The notes: generated from the sequence alone by a model not told the origin. A stretch of DNA of 64,000 nucleotides from Lingula anatina (GCA_051362555.1 CM120647.1:4216001-4280000); one strand, 5' to 3'; numbered from the stretch's first letter, positions 24,401-38,000 are shown. Translations and numbers: made by a program.

Positions 24401-26715
24401 TTTCAGTGGGAAATCTTCTTTCTGTTGTCCCAGTTTTAGAGATATTTCTAGTTTTCCAAATCAGCGAGTCAAGTTCTACTGTTACTGACAAAAAGCTTGG
24501 TCAAGTGTCATGGCTAAGACAAATTAATGGATCAAAATATGTTGTTTCTAGCAAAAAAATTAGGTCAACTTCAGTTGTCAGTAACAAATAACTTTCAAAA
24601 TGTACCTTCTCCATCTTGGACACATTTCTCTTTCCACAAATCACTGGGTCATGTTTGGTTGTAATGTTCTTCCCTTTGCCAGAGTAACCAGCCTTGTTGA
24701 AATTAGGAACTGGCTCATCTGAAAATGAGAAATGAGAGTTGTGCACACTGCACCCAAAATACCAATAACTACATATATGAAGCATTAGTGTAATTTTTAC
24801 CCATTTTAAACCTAAGTCTTACTGCAGTATTTTTTCAAGATTTATACTTAGTTACTTGCAAAAACATACTCTGATATTAGCTGATATTAATATATTTTTC
24901 AGAAATTTCTAATGTCAATCACATAGATTCCTCCAAGATTTTCTGGCAGTGTCATTTAGGCTATTGATAGCATTATTTTTCTAACATATGGCTGGGAAAA
25001 TTTGAAAAATAATCTTGCCAATATTTCACAAATTTAGTTCAAATGATTAATCTGGTAAAAAGTTGTGAAGCCATTTGTGGAAAATAAAGGTTTTATCCTG
25101 GCAGAGGTCAGCTTACTTACAGGAGAGGAAAGGGGGTATTTTTTGACATACAAACCTACAGAGGAAGGGAGGGGGGATATATTTATGTACAAACGATACC
25201 TATGTGAAAAGAGGGGATTGGGGATGGGGGGGGGGGGGGTAATTTATATACCAACCTTTGTAGACATTGGTCACCCAGGTTAGGTCGTCATCCTCGCTGT
25301 CACTGTCCTCCTCAACATAAGGGTGAACTGTGCGGTAGTTAGAGAAAGACAAAGACACTGGAAAGATAAATTCAAAAATATTTTCTGTTCTCTTGCTTAT
25401 TATAAAATACATTATAAGATACTTCAAATCACATCACTGATGTGAGCTCTTTTGAAGTGACTTGAGGTTGTTTGATGAAGCATTTATTGGCAAAATCATG
25501 TCTCTTTACTTTTTGCAATCTTTACAGAAGAGATGATGAAAAATCTACTTGAGCAATTAATGAATCTGTCAACAAATATTTCTTTTTTTTATATGCTGAA
25601 GAAATTAATCTTTTTAAATTCTTTCTAAATTGCAGTCAGCTGAGTGCACACCATAGTTAATTACCCCCTTATAGCTTTTAGTAGGCGGGACAGACGCTTA
25701 AGCCGGCTAAGCTGACAGTAATCTAGTGAGACTCCCCACAGGGATACATCGATCTAAAATCTATGGGAATGGGGTCATTGATAACATGATAAGTAGATTA
25801 CTGTTTCACCTTTTGTCTTCAAACTTACAGAACTGATGAATATTCATAAACAATGTTAAAAACAATGCTTGTATGATAAAACACACCTTTACTCTGACCA
25901 TTCAACTTGGCTTCTTCCTTCGACAGCATTAAATCGTGTTCCTTGTCGTATTCCAACTGGAGCAACTGTGCTAGTAAAAAGTCACTGTCTTCGTTTGTCT
26001 CAGATCCGGCATCTGGTAACAGTGCCGACAGGTCTGGGACTGGCTCACTGAAATGTTGGGATAATAAAGGTAGAAAGGAGATTTCGACTGTAGACAGTCA
26101 ACAAAGCACTTTAGCCTGAAGACTGGTCTGATAAACTTATGGTCCAAAAAAATTGATCTCCTTCAGTTTAACAAAAGCTCACAGTTATCAGTATAAGTTA
26201 ATTGAAGTGGATTATGGTGTATACTAGCATCAGCCATATCAAATGTTGTATCCTTAACACACAGTCTGTGTGAGTGTGTGTGTGTGTGTGGGGGGGGGGG
26301 GGGGTAACAATATCACAACTTGTCAGTGTGTACAAAAATGGTTCATTTGTGCAATTAATCAAATTTCTTTTAAGATATTTCAGCAGTTTTGTCTTTTGTC
26401 AGTTTTTACAATATTCTTTAATATGTTCTTTTAAAGATATATTTATTGATTAATGTGACAAGTGAGCAAGCCTCTAATGAGTATTTTCACTCACCTGGCC
26501 GTCTCAGACTGAACATTGACGACCCTCTTAATAACGTCCTCTTCGTCCCTTTCCTGTAACTCGTGAGCCAGCTCCTCACTCATGACTTCTTCAAGTGAGC
26601 AGATAGTAGGTGTGGTTGCTGTTCCCCACGGGGAGGAGGGGGTACTTGTGGTCTTACCCCAAACACTTGGTGTGTTTATTGGTCCCTGAGAACTTTCCAT
26701 CACAGTAGCGTCCAT
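17755..26715 (-). CDS. RIOK3: Serine/threonine-protein kinase RIO3, 548 aa, 12 coding exons
   Basis: Exons 26715-26495, 26047-25887, 25357-25256, 24718-24606, 24260-24117, 23698-23571, 23150-23049, 22670-22587, 22393-22234, 21653-21483, 21239-21135, 17910-17755; sum 1647 nt, phases consistent. RIO motifs [38 protein letters not shown]3-type N-terminus ([28 protein letters not shown]). Confidence 0.96.
18190..21134 (-). repeat. Compound minisatellite: ~50 copies of the RIOK3 exon-11 3' end plus 5' splice site, separated by (GA)n
   Basis: Unit on minus strand is ATGGGG-AGAGGGGAGAGAGTTCTTAGCTCAG|GTGA-(GA)n. About 50 CTGAGCTA-type cores were counted by eye between 18270 and 21080. Confidence 0.95.
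21594..21797 (-). repeat. 62-bp tandem triplication of the RIOK3 exon-10 3' splice site
   Basis: AATACAATATCTTATTTCAG|GCTATGAAGACTATGTTC occurs with exon starts at 21777, 21715 and 21653. Confidence 0.9.
25625..25776 (-). mobile_element. Tourist-like MITE, truncated copy 3, next to a partial 161-bp HINE monomer (25780-25850)
   Basis: Matches the MITE core and one TIR (CTATGGGAATGGGGTC). The adjacent GATAACATGATAAG...AAACTTACAGAACTGATGAATATTCATAA matches the repeat unit at 33-35 kb. Confidence 0.8.
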
Positions 26716-27503
26716 GTTTACAATGTCTTATATAATTTCTGTACAATATTTACAATGTCTTTGGTATTTGGCACTTTTAGTGATAAACCTGATATATACC
26801 CCCGAGTCCTCTTAGGGTTATAAATCAGAATTTGGAGTTGTAAACTCGTGCTTAAACTTGTTGCGAGTCCTCGTTTCTCTCCTTAGACGTCAGTAGTGCA
26901 AAGTTTTCCTTCTGTCTACGACACTGTGCGCACTCTCTCTTTTTAAAAATAAGTCCTTCTGGATAGGTTACAACTCTATAAATATCACTAACTAGATGAA
27001 TACGTCACTTGGTTTCCCAACCAAGTGAAATTGCACAAAAACTACGCGCTTTTCTACCAGATTGCACAACAACAGCGACAACCGGAAGCAGCGGTTGGGT
27101 CGCTTCTTGGTTGTCTATGAATTGAAAAGTTGCTAAAAGCTGGAACGAGAAAGCGATTGATGGCATTTATAATAAGTAATGATAGGACCAAAGATATTAG
27201 ATTTGTTTTTAGAAGAAAAAAATCCAGCATCACTGATTAGAGTGCTGTATATATAGAGCACAGTGTGAAGATAAATTTTAATTTATTGAAATTAAAATTA
27301 ATTTGACAAACATCTTTGGTTGTGCTTATCAACAATATTGGACATTGAGACATCGGAAATAATGGTACAAATGATTATATAAATTTGTTTATTTATCTTT
27401 AAATAAATGCGTGTTTATCGGCAACAAATTACAAGTTTGACAAAACGAAACTGCCGGCAGATGGCAGCATGAGCTGCACGTGCCAAAGCTTGTTTATTTC
27501 AAG
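26716..27503. promoter_or_regulatory. Bidirectional promoter/5' UTR region shared by RIOK3 and XRCC5
   Basis: Divergent start codons about 790 bp apart. ETS/GABP-like ACCGGAAGC (27081), CRE-like GACGTCA (~26886) and TACGTCAC (27001), YY1-like AAGATGGCAG over the XRCC5 ATG. Confidence 0.65.
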
Positions 27504-28790
27504 ATGGCAGCGGACAAGGTAAGTGGACTTCGAGCAAGTGTTTGGTAGATAATCTAAGTTTTCCCACGAACCTACCAATATGTATAGCAACGATCACGAG
27601 GAGTATTTTAAGAATTGCTAAATGGTGTACATGGCATACTTTGTCAGAGAGAAAAATCCGACCTTTGTGGTCTTGCATTAATTTTGGATTTCGCCGGTGG
27701 AAATCCCGGACCCAGGACCCCACCAATTCACCTCTCATTGTCCCCGATTCAGTATGAAATATCTGAAAGCCTATGATAGGTTAGATGCGAAACTTTTTGC
27801 ATGTTTTATAGAGTAAACACAACACATGAGTGCATACCATATGACCAAAGAATGTGCATTCTTATCCAGCAATCACTAGCAGGCTATAAATTTAGCCCCC
27901 CCCCCCCCCCCCAAAAAAAAAAAAAAAAAAAAAAAAAAACGATCACCCTTAATTATACACCAGTGCATAAACTGATGTTTTGTCATAGAAAGAGCTTCTG
28001 TGCAAAATTAGAGTATTTAAAAATGATGGCAAAACAATTCTTTTCAGAACTTTTAAAACATATTTGAGAAGTACATGTATAATGACTTAGGAAATCTATA
28101 ATTTATAACATTATTGGCATTTGTACAACAACGTATTTGGTGAAAGTAATGTCTAACCATCTTTATATACTACCTCTTTTTTTATTCCCTATTAATATTA
28201 AGTAAAATTCTGATACGTGGTTATGTGTACTAGTACAGTATTAAATATGGCAGCCTTAGGCCCTATTCCCATAGATTTTAGATCGATCTATCCCCGCGGG
28301 GAGTCTCACTAGATTACTTTCAGATAATCCGACTTAAATGTCCGTCCCGCCTACTACAAGCTGTAAGAGGGTAATTTACTTTCGTGTCCACCCGGCTGAC
28401 AGCTATTTAGCGTGAACCCCCAGGGAGTTAGGTCGATCTAAAGTAGGTCGATCTAATCTATGGAAATGGGGTGTTATATTATACCAAGTGCTACAGAATT
28501 GAATATTTTGGTCTGTAGTCTTAGGTAAACAAGCACAGGTACATACTAGGGTAGTACCCATAGTTTCCAGAAAAAAAAAAAAAAAAAAAAAAAAAAAACA
28601 GAATATTCATTCAGTTCTTATTTAAGAACCTTGCAATTTTTATATCCCAGGAAGCCATAGCCATTGTGCTGGATGTAGGACCGTCCATGAGTGAGTCTCC
28701 GCCAGGGACGTCTACACCCCTGCAGCAGGCAGGGACAGCTATCACTATGATACTGCAGAGAAAGGTTGGGACTACAGTGTATTACTAGCT

Positions 28791-28862
<72 letters not shown>

Positions 28863-28991
28863 TGTGTGTGTGTGTGTGTTGGGAGGGGGGGAGGAGGGGG
28901 TCATCACTACAACATGAAGGGACAGCTATCACTATGATAATGCAGAGGAAGGTTTGGACTACAGTGTATTGTTAGCTAGTGTGTTTGTGAC

Positions 28992-29030
<39 letters not shown>

Positions 29031-32000
29031 ATGTGCATGTGTGATTATGTGTGTCTTCTACGCCCCAACAACAAGGATAGGCAGGGGCAGTGATCACTAT
29101 GATACTGCAGAGAAAGGTTTGGACAAAGTATTTCATTTGTGAGGGGGGGGGGGGGGGAGGGCATGTGAGTCACCCCTACAACAGGGACAGTGATCACTAT
29201 GATGCGAAAGAGAAAGGTTTGGACAATGTACGGTATTACTTTTTTGTTTGTGTGTGTGTGTGTGTGGGTGCGATGTAAGTGTGTGTGTGTTTATTGAGAA
29301 GAAATACTTTTCAGCGGGTATAAGAGGCAAACACAGTGCTTTATTTAATTGCTAAGCAATTTTAGTTTCTAGTCTAAGTAGAAGAAACAACACAGCTACA
29401 TGAATAATGATTTTTTTGTTGTAAGAAAATGGAATCACTTTTGCATGCTTTATGATATAGATATTATGTCTTTTGTCAATGATATTTTACTATGCGACTA
29501 ACCACTGAAAGTTTCTTTTTCCAGATTTTTGCCAACTCTAAAGACGAGATTGCTCTCATATTGTTCGGCACACCTAACACAGCCAATGAACTCGCGGATG
29601 GCGAGGAGTACCAAAACATCACCCTGGCGCGGCCACTAGGACTTCCCGACTTTGACCTGCTCAAATACGTACAGAATGAAATACAGCCTAGCAACATATC
29701 TGCTGACTGTATCCTTTATACATGGAGCATATCATTAATGGTTTGGGGGTGGGGTAATTAATTAATTTAATTCTGTAGGTGACTAATTTGGTTTCAATTC
29801 AGGCTTAAAGTGAAGTCTTGGTTAAACAAATGAAAAAAGTTACATATCAACTCTTTGTGAGTTTGTATACCATTCCTCTTGTCTTTATGGGTTCGAAGAG
29901 AACTAGAGTTGTAACTTTAAAATTTATTATAGTTTACAGACAGTGTAGAATTTAGAGATTATGTACAGCACAGATAAAGAATAATTTTATCTTTTAGAAA
30001 TAAAATTTATCAACTGTTCAGCAGAAAAACATCATTATCAATTATTGATATTGTCCTTAATATTGCGCCAGTTATTGATGCAATGGTGGTTGCACTAGAT
30101 CACTTAGTCAAACATACAGAGTAAGTAGAACATGGGCCAGTCCATGCCTTAAACTTTTAACACAGGGACTTTGGACTTACAAGCTTAAGAAAATGCATGT
30201 CTGAATAAATATGTGGTCACTGCAATTAGGTGTTAATTTAAAACGGGACTCGTATCTGTTTTAACTGTGAGCATTCATTGTTTTTTTTTAATTGTATCAA
30301 ATAAATATCATATTCAATTTAGTATGATCATGTTTATGTAGATTGTAACTGAAGCTTTCCAGTACTGTTTACACACATAGACACGCACATGGAGAGAAAT
30401 ATTTTTATGTCGTTATTTGAGATCATGCTCTTTCAATTTCAGAGGAAAGAAGTTTGGAGGTGGAAAACGTTTGATCTTGTTCTCTGATCTTGGTGGAGAA
30501 TTTGCTGATGACCAACTTGATGACATTGTTAATGGCATGAAGCAGGCAGAAGTGCAATTAAATGTAATGTGAGTATCAAGAAACTATTATATATACGACT
30601 TGCATTATTTGAAAGGTGCGATGTGCGCATGACCGGAATTGTGCACTGCAGGGGTCAAAATAGTACCGGAAGCGTTGTTCACTGCGATAGGAACACATGA
30701 TGGAAGCATGAGACATGCCGGGGGCGATATTAAACAAGCCATTTGAGGCGACAGAGGTGCCAGAGGTGAAAAGTTGGTAAAATGAATGATGCCCACACAT
30801 CAGGCAAAAAAGAAGAGCTGATAAAAAGGTATGTTACACGATATTTTCTTAAATACAAGACCAAATACAAAACCCTAATGTGGTCATTATGTAATTATGT
30901 TCACCTGAGTCATTTATATGGGAGATAAATTTGTCACCTGGTTCAGGCAATTATCTGATACAATCTCTGAGGTGGGCTAGTGCACTGTACAGGTAATTAG
31001 TACAAGCTCACTGTCAATATCAGTGCATCTATCATTTGTTTCTTCTTCATTATATTTCTGTTGTGTATCCAGGTAGATTTCAGTTAAAAAAATATGACTA
31101 GGCATGTCAGTTTTCTGTTTTGTCATCAGTCTAATATGTATTTATGTAAATTAATCACTGTTATAGATGTGTTGATGATGACTTTAATAATTATTTTCAT
31201 GACTATTTTTTACTTGTTTTATAGGTGTAAACTGTACAGTGAGGATAGAGAGAGAAACAAAATATTGGATCCAGACGGCAGAGAAAATTAGAAGAAGGCC
31301 TACCAAATTGAAGTTTGAATCAAGACAGTGGAGAATGGACCAAGTCCTTGAAGGGAATGCCCAAACCGTTTTTTTTTTAATATTTGCCTATTAATAAATA
31401 CAATTCAATATTTCGTCTCACAATTTTATTTTGCATAATAAAATCAATGATGTTGCCTTGGAAATATCTTTCCAAGGTACCTTACGATATTTCACTGATC
31501 CATGTTTTAAAATGCAATGTTTTAAACATTTTCTAGATATGTTCAAGTGCATTGTGATAATAAAAATGAGATATTTGGTAAAATTGTTCTCTTTTTTGTT
31601 ATTTGCATAAGTAATATACAATTCAATACTCCTTCACAGTCAGGTTTAAACCTGGTTTTAGTTTTACTCGGGTCTAAGCAATGGCGATAACAATACTCTA
31701 AAACCAAAGTAAAACTAAAACCAGCTTTAACCTTGCTGTGAAATCAAACCAAAGTTTCACATGACAGTTTTCATGCCATTTTTTTATACTGAGGTAATGT
31801 CAGGGTATAAAAAAGTCATGAAAAATTTTAATTCCTCGTAGGTTTCAAGACTGATGTAAAATTTAACCATTTCAGGTTTGTTGTGCATAGACTTTATGCT
31901 GAAAGTGTGTTTGTCAACTTCCTCATGTGCTTCGGACAGTTGTTCCAGAATTTTTTCTCTGTCACACTATTTCTTCATGCATTTTTTTTTTTTTTTTTTT

Positions 32001-35000
32001 TTTGCTCGTTGTAATTCCACTCTTGTTTCCAAAAGTTCAATTTCTAAAGATCGGATTTTCTGTTCCATACTGAAAATATGTTGTTTTTCCTTAACTGTCG
32101 TTAAAAGAGCATCTGAACCTGCATCTGATACAATGCAGTAGGCATTGTGGTCTGTATTTGAGAAGCCATTTTCGTCCTCGCTGTTCAACTTCCCACTTGC
32201 CGCCAGGTTCACTAAAATTTGTCTCAGAGTTATCAACAGTTAAATGTCTAATAAATTTTCTTCGGGGCTTACAAATCTTCGATTCCTTGAGTGGAAATAT
32301 AGTTGGTCTACCACCCAAATACGATTTATTCCCTCCTTCAAAATGAGCACTACACACACGGTGCTGCTTGGCGGGCTCGAACTTACTAAATTTGCCTTCA
32401 TTTCCCGCTCGTCCAATATTGTCAATCCATATACCTCTCTTTTTTGGGTCCTTGGGGAAAGCATAAAATGACAAATTTCGATCTCGCTTTGTATTGTTGA
32501 AACAAACAGGCACAAAACACACAGAACCGCCGAGAGGCATTTTATTTCTGTGTACAGAAATGGCGGCAACGCAAGATAGGTCCCACTTTACCCACAATGC
32601 ATTGCGCTCAATATCGAAAACGAGACGAATAATGCAAGTCGTATATATAAATTTGATTATTATTTTCACTATATAATTTTTATTCTTAATTGCTTCTTAT
32701 TTTATTTGCCTTAAAAAAATGAAGGTATAACAAAAAGTCATTCCTAACTAATTTGAAATTTAAATATGTTTTTTTTAAACAAGTTTTTTGACTGCTTATT
32801 TTGCTTTCTCAGACTTAATATTTTTCCCTTTCAGTAATCAGAGGAATCCATGTAAAAATATTTCTTATAAAGTTTCATCACTTTCCTCATTCCAATTATC
32901 TGTTTCAGATATATAATTTTTATGTACAGACACAGATGTGTCTGTACATATAGCCATCATCTGCGTCTGTCGTCGTCGCCGTCGTCGCCGTCGTGCACTT
33001 TTACCGATAACACGATAAGTGGAAAACCGTTTTTGCTTTTGGCTTGAAACTTACAGAACTGATGAATATTCATAATACGCAGGTCAAGTTCAAAAATCAG
33101 CATTATCGGTTCATTTTTAGGGAAGTTATGCTGTTTTTTTACTTTTTTCAGCATATATGCAGCACTGATAACACGATAAGTGGAAAACCATTTTACTTTT
33201 GGGCTTGAAACTTACAAAACTGATGAATATTCATAATCCGCAGGTCAAGTTCGAAAATCAGCATGATCGGTTCATTTTTAGGGTAGTTACGCTGTTTTTT
33301 CACTTTTTTCAGCATATATGCAACGCCGATAACACGATAAGTGAAATACCGTTTTACCTTTTGGCTTGAAACTTACAGAACTGATGAATATTCATAATAC
33401 GCAGGTCAAGTTCGAAAATCAGAGCTATCGGGTCAATTTTATGGAAGTTATGCTGTTTTTTCACTTTTTTCAGCATATTTGCAACACCGATAACACAATA
33501 AGTGAAAAACCGTTTTACCTTTTGGCTTGAAACTTACAGAATTGATGAATATTTATAATACGCAGGTCAAGTTCGAAAATCAGCATGATCGGGCCATTTT
33601 AAGGGAAGTTATGCTGTTTTTTCACTTTTTTCAGCATATATGCAGCACTGATAACACAATATAAGAAAAACAGATGGGGAAATTGTCATTATACTAACAG
33701 GACTGGTCAATCTTACTAAAACATAGGATGAGTGCGAAAATCAGCATAATCGGGCCATTATTTTAGAAGTTATGCTGTTTTTTCACATTTCCTCAGATTC
33801 AATTGTTAGGCATGTTAACAGTCTCATTATTGAACTAATAAGATATGTAAAAGTGTTTGTTTGACATTTCCTGCATCTTTATAACATTGTTAGTTGATTA
33901 TGTAAAAATGATGGTAAACTTGTTATTGTGTATTATGTTATAAAGTGTCAAAAATGGAAATAAACTCATATCATTGCAGTTTGTCAGATTCAATCATCTA
34001 CTATCTTCAGAATCTCAGAATGGAGGAAATTGGACATTTAACACTGTTCTATTGATATTTTTCCCATCTCATCAATTTTCTTAGTTGATCATATACAAAT
34101 GGTAGTAAACTGTTTATTTTGTTTTATGTTAAAAAAGGGTTTTAAAAATAGAAGTAAACCCATTGCAGAACAGTGCTGTCTTGTTTCAGCATGTATGCAG
34201 CACCGATAACACGATAAGTGGAAAACCATTTTACATTTTGCCTTGAAACTTACAGAACTGCTGAATAATCATAATACGCAGGTCAAGTTCGAAAATCAGC
34301 ATGATCGGGTCATTTTTATGGAAGTTATGCCGTTTTTCACTTTTTTTCAGCATATATACAACACTGATAACATGATAAGTGAAAAATCATTTTACCTTTT
34401 GGCTTGAAACTTGCAGAACTAATGAATATTCATAATACGCAGGTCAAGTTTGAAAATCAGCATGATTGGGTCATTTTAGGGTAGTTATGCTGTTTTTTTT
34501 TTCACTTTTTTTAGCATATATGCAGCACCGATAACACGATAAGTGGAAAACCATTTTACCTTTTGGTTTCAAACTTACAGAACTGATGAATATTCATAAT
34601 ACGCAGGTCAAGTTTGAAAATCAGCATGATCGGGTCATTTTTAAGGAAGTTATGCTGTTTTTCACTTTTTTCAGCATATATGCAACACTGATAACATGAT
34701 AAGTGGAAAACCATTTTACCTTTTGGCTTGAAACTTGCAGAACTAATGAATATTTATAATGCGCAGGTCAAGTTTGAAAATCAGCATGATCGGGTCATTT
34801 TTAGGGTAGTTAAGCTGTTTTTTTCACTTTTTTCAGCATGTATGCAACACCTATAACTCCTTTGTGCTATATGATGGTACTGTATGAAATTGTCCCTTGG
34901 GTGATCCCTAATTAAATTAAGGTCTATAAAGTCTTGCCTAGTAATTAATTTTCAATTGGCCATTAAATGAGATTACATAAAACACTCGTTGAGATTTCCC

Positions 35001-38000
35001 TGTAAAGTCCCATAGGTTTAGCTCTGTTAACTGTGTCACAAAATTAGGATTTGGTGATAATTATGCAGATAAATGGTGTTTAACATTGCAAATAAATTTA
35101 CAACAAAAAATGTGTTATGCCAACATGCTATAGATGAATAACAGTGCTTTATTTTTCTCAAACTTGGTGGGGTTATTAATATCAAGTTAATACAGCTAGA
35201 TTAAAAGTTTGAATAGCAGCTTTATTGGAATTTTTTACGTTTTATTAAATTTTTTTTTTAAATTATTTTTCAAACACTAGCATCTTCAAGATGTGATTTT
35301 TAACTCCCATCCACCAGAAGTGCTGTGCGTTTTCTGTATTTTTGTATATAATTGTTATTTCTTCAGATTTAATTCTTAGGCATGTTAACAGTCTCATTAT
35401 GGAACTAATAAGATATGTAAAAGTGTTGTTTTGACATTTTCTGCTTCTTAACAATATTGTTAGTTGATTATATAAAAATGACGGTAAACCTGTTATTGTG
35501 CATTGTGTAATAAAGTATCATGAATGGAAAGGAACTCATCATTGCAGTTTGTCAGATTTAATCGTTCACTATGTTCAGCATCTGCAAATGGAGCAAATTG
35601 GACATTGAAAATTGTTCTATTGATATTTTTCCTATGTCAACAATTTTCCTAGTTGAACATTTAAAAATGACAGTTTATTGATTATTTTGTTTTAAAGAAG
35701 GTGTTGAAAATGGAAAGAAAATCATTTCAGTACAGTTATCTCTTGTTTACGTTTTGGCATTTTGAAAGTGTGACTCTGAACTTCCATGGCCTTGAAGACC
35801 TTCCCAAATCACATTTTCTGAATATTCATGATACTTTTATTTATTTTTTTTTTTATAAAAAATTTAATGGTCATTATGCTGTTAAGTATTATGTTATATT
35901 GCATGAAAGTTGAAGAAAACCCTATTTTGGACACTGCTGCCAGGATAGCGATTAAGGCAAAACCATGTTACCTACGATACTGAAACTTAATGAAAAGTTT
36001 CATAAGACAGAAGTGCAGCTTGTGTTTGAAAACCAGTGTGATTGTTTTCTGTTTTGAAAGCAATGCAGGTTTATAGAGTGCTATACTGGCATTTTCAAGT
36101 TGTGACTTATCACTCCCATCTGCCAGGAGCCCTGTACTCTTACTTTGTAACATTTTCTGTATTTTGTTAAGTTAATGATTCTTAGGAGTCAAGAATGATT
36201 CTTAGGATTGACATACAGCCCCCCCCAAAAAATAATAAATTATATATATATATGTATATATATATTTTTTTTAATGAGTTTAAGCAATTTTTTGTGTAAT
36301 TTTCACTGTACCTCATTCTGGCATTTCCAAAGTTTAACTCTTATCAGCCTGACACCTTAGGGACTATTTCCAGACCCTATCACGCTAACTGTGGATCGAT
36401 CTATCTCCATGGGAATTCTCGCTAAATTGCAATCAATGTAAGTGGCTTAGCTGTCTGTCACGTCTACTGAAACTGGCATGCCAGAATCCTAAGACTCTCA
36501 AGCTGAAAGCAATTTAGTGAGAAACCCCTTGGAGTTGGATTGATCCTGTTAGATTGATCTAGGTATGGGAACTCAGTCTAATGCTTGATACACATTTAAC
36601 TTTCATCCTAATCCAATGTTATGCAGAATTAGAATTTGATGTTGGCTATGCAGTTACAGTAAGCATAATACATTAGTTCATCAGAATTGACAGTATCCTA
36701 TTTCCTGCGTTTTTATTTTCTGGTTTTTGTCTGTACATTTGACAGCTTTGCTGCCTTGTTGTAACTTACCCAGCATTTTTCAGAACTTTAGGACTCGTAC
36801 ACTTTTTCAATTTATCAGTTTTGATAAACTTTATTAAACACCATAAAAAAAAAAAGATATGACACGTCTCTCTTTGTGTTATCAGTGGTCCAGATCTTGA
36901 TGATGATGATGATGAAGATGAAGATGACAGTGGAGCCAGACCCGCAGCTAATGGACACTCTAAGCCAAAGTCAGCACAGCAGAGAGCTGGAGAGGCCATG
37001 GCAAGACACCTGCTGTCACAGGTAGAAGGAGAGAGTTATTCCTTCAGGTAAACTGCCAGGGATTTATAGCCCTTTTGACACCGAGTGGTACAATTAAGTT
37101 TTATCTTTCATTAATTAGAGCAAACTTTTTCGTGTACCACATTAAATTAGTTTTGATCAACTTTATTAAATGGTGAAAACATGGTAATTGGGGAGGCCAT
37201 GGTAAAACACTTGCTGTCACAGGTAGAAGGAATTTTTTCTTTCAGGTAAATTGTCAGGAATGTTATCCCCTTTTGACATTGAGTGAACATGTTTATTTAA
37301 CACTTTGTTTACAAGCAAATCTTGTCAGCCACAGTAATGCAGTACATTGAACTGGACCGGTTAAAGAGATCCACATCTTAGACTACATTCCCATAACCTT
37401 AACATACTAGCAGGATCAATCTATCTCAGCGGGGATTCTCTCTAAGGTGCTTAATTGTCTAGCACGCCCCCTTGGAAAGCAACATGAACAACATTATGGA
37501 CCTTGAAGTTGTCCTGACTTAAAGTTACAAGGGGGGCTTACCAGACATTTAAGCCGCTTCAACTGAATGCAATGTAGAGAGAATCCCTTAGGAGTTAGAT
37601 TGATCTAGCTAGTTCAATAGGGTAATGAGAACGGTCCCTAAAAGATCAACAACTTGATTTCCTGCCATTAAGTAAAAGTCACCTTAGGGAGCTTTTGTGC
37701 ATGACATATTATTTAACTTAAGAAGCAGGAAGAGAACTTGTGTGAAAGGGATAAAAACCAGTGTATCATAATTACATGATAAAAGCTGACCTGATGGTAA
37801 TTATAACATCTTATATTTCAGTGAAGCACTGCCAGCCCTCAGCTATTTCCAAAACAGAAAGGTTAAGCCCACGCCGTGGAAGTGTAATTTAGAGATTGGG
37901 AATAACCTGCAAATAGCTTTAGCTGGTTATGTCAGGGTGAGTGAAGGTGATTGTGCTAGATGTGACAACACATTGTGCTAGATGTGACAACATTGTGTAA

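Larger units (their letters stand above)
30587..32650. mobile_element. Internally deleted TIR DNA transposon with convergent THAP (minus) and SAP-like (plus) gene relics
   Basis: Perfect 23-bp TIRs TTATATATACGACTTGCATTATT (30587-30609) / AATAATGCAAGTCGTATATATAA (32628-32650) enclose both relics. Confidence 0.85.
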
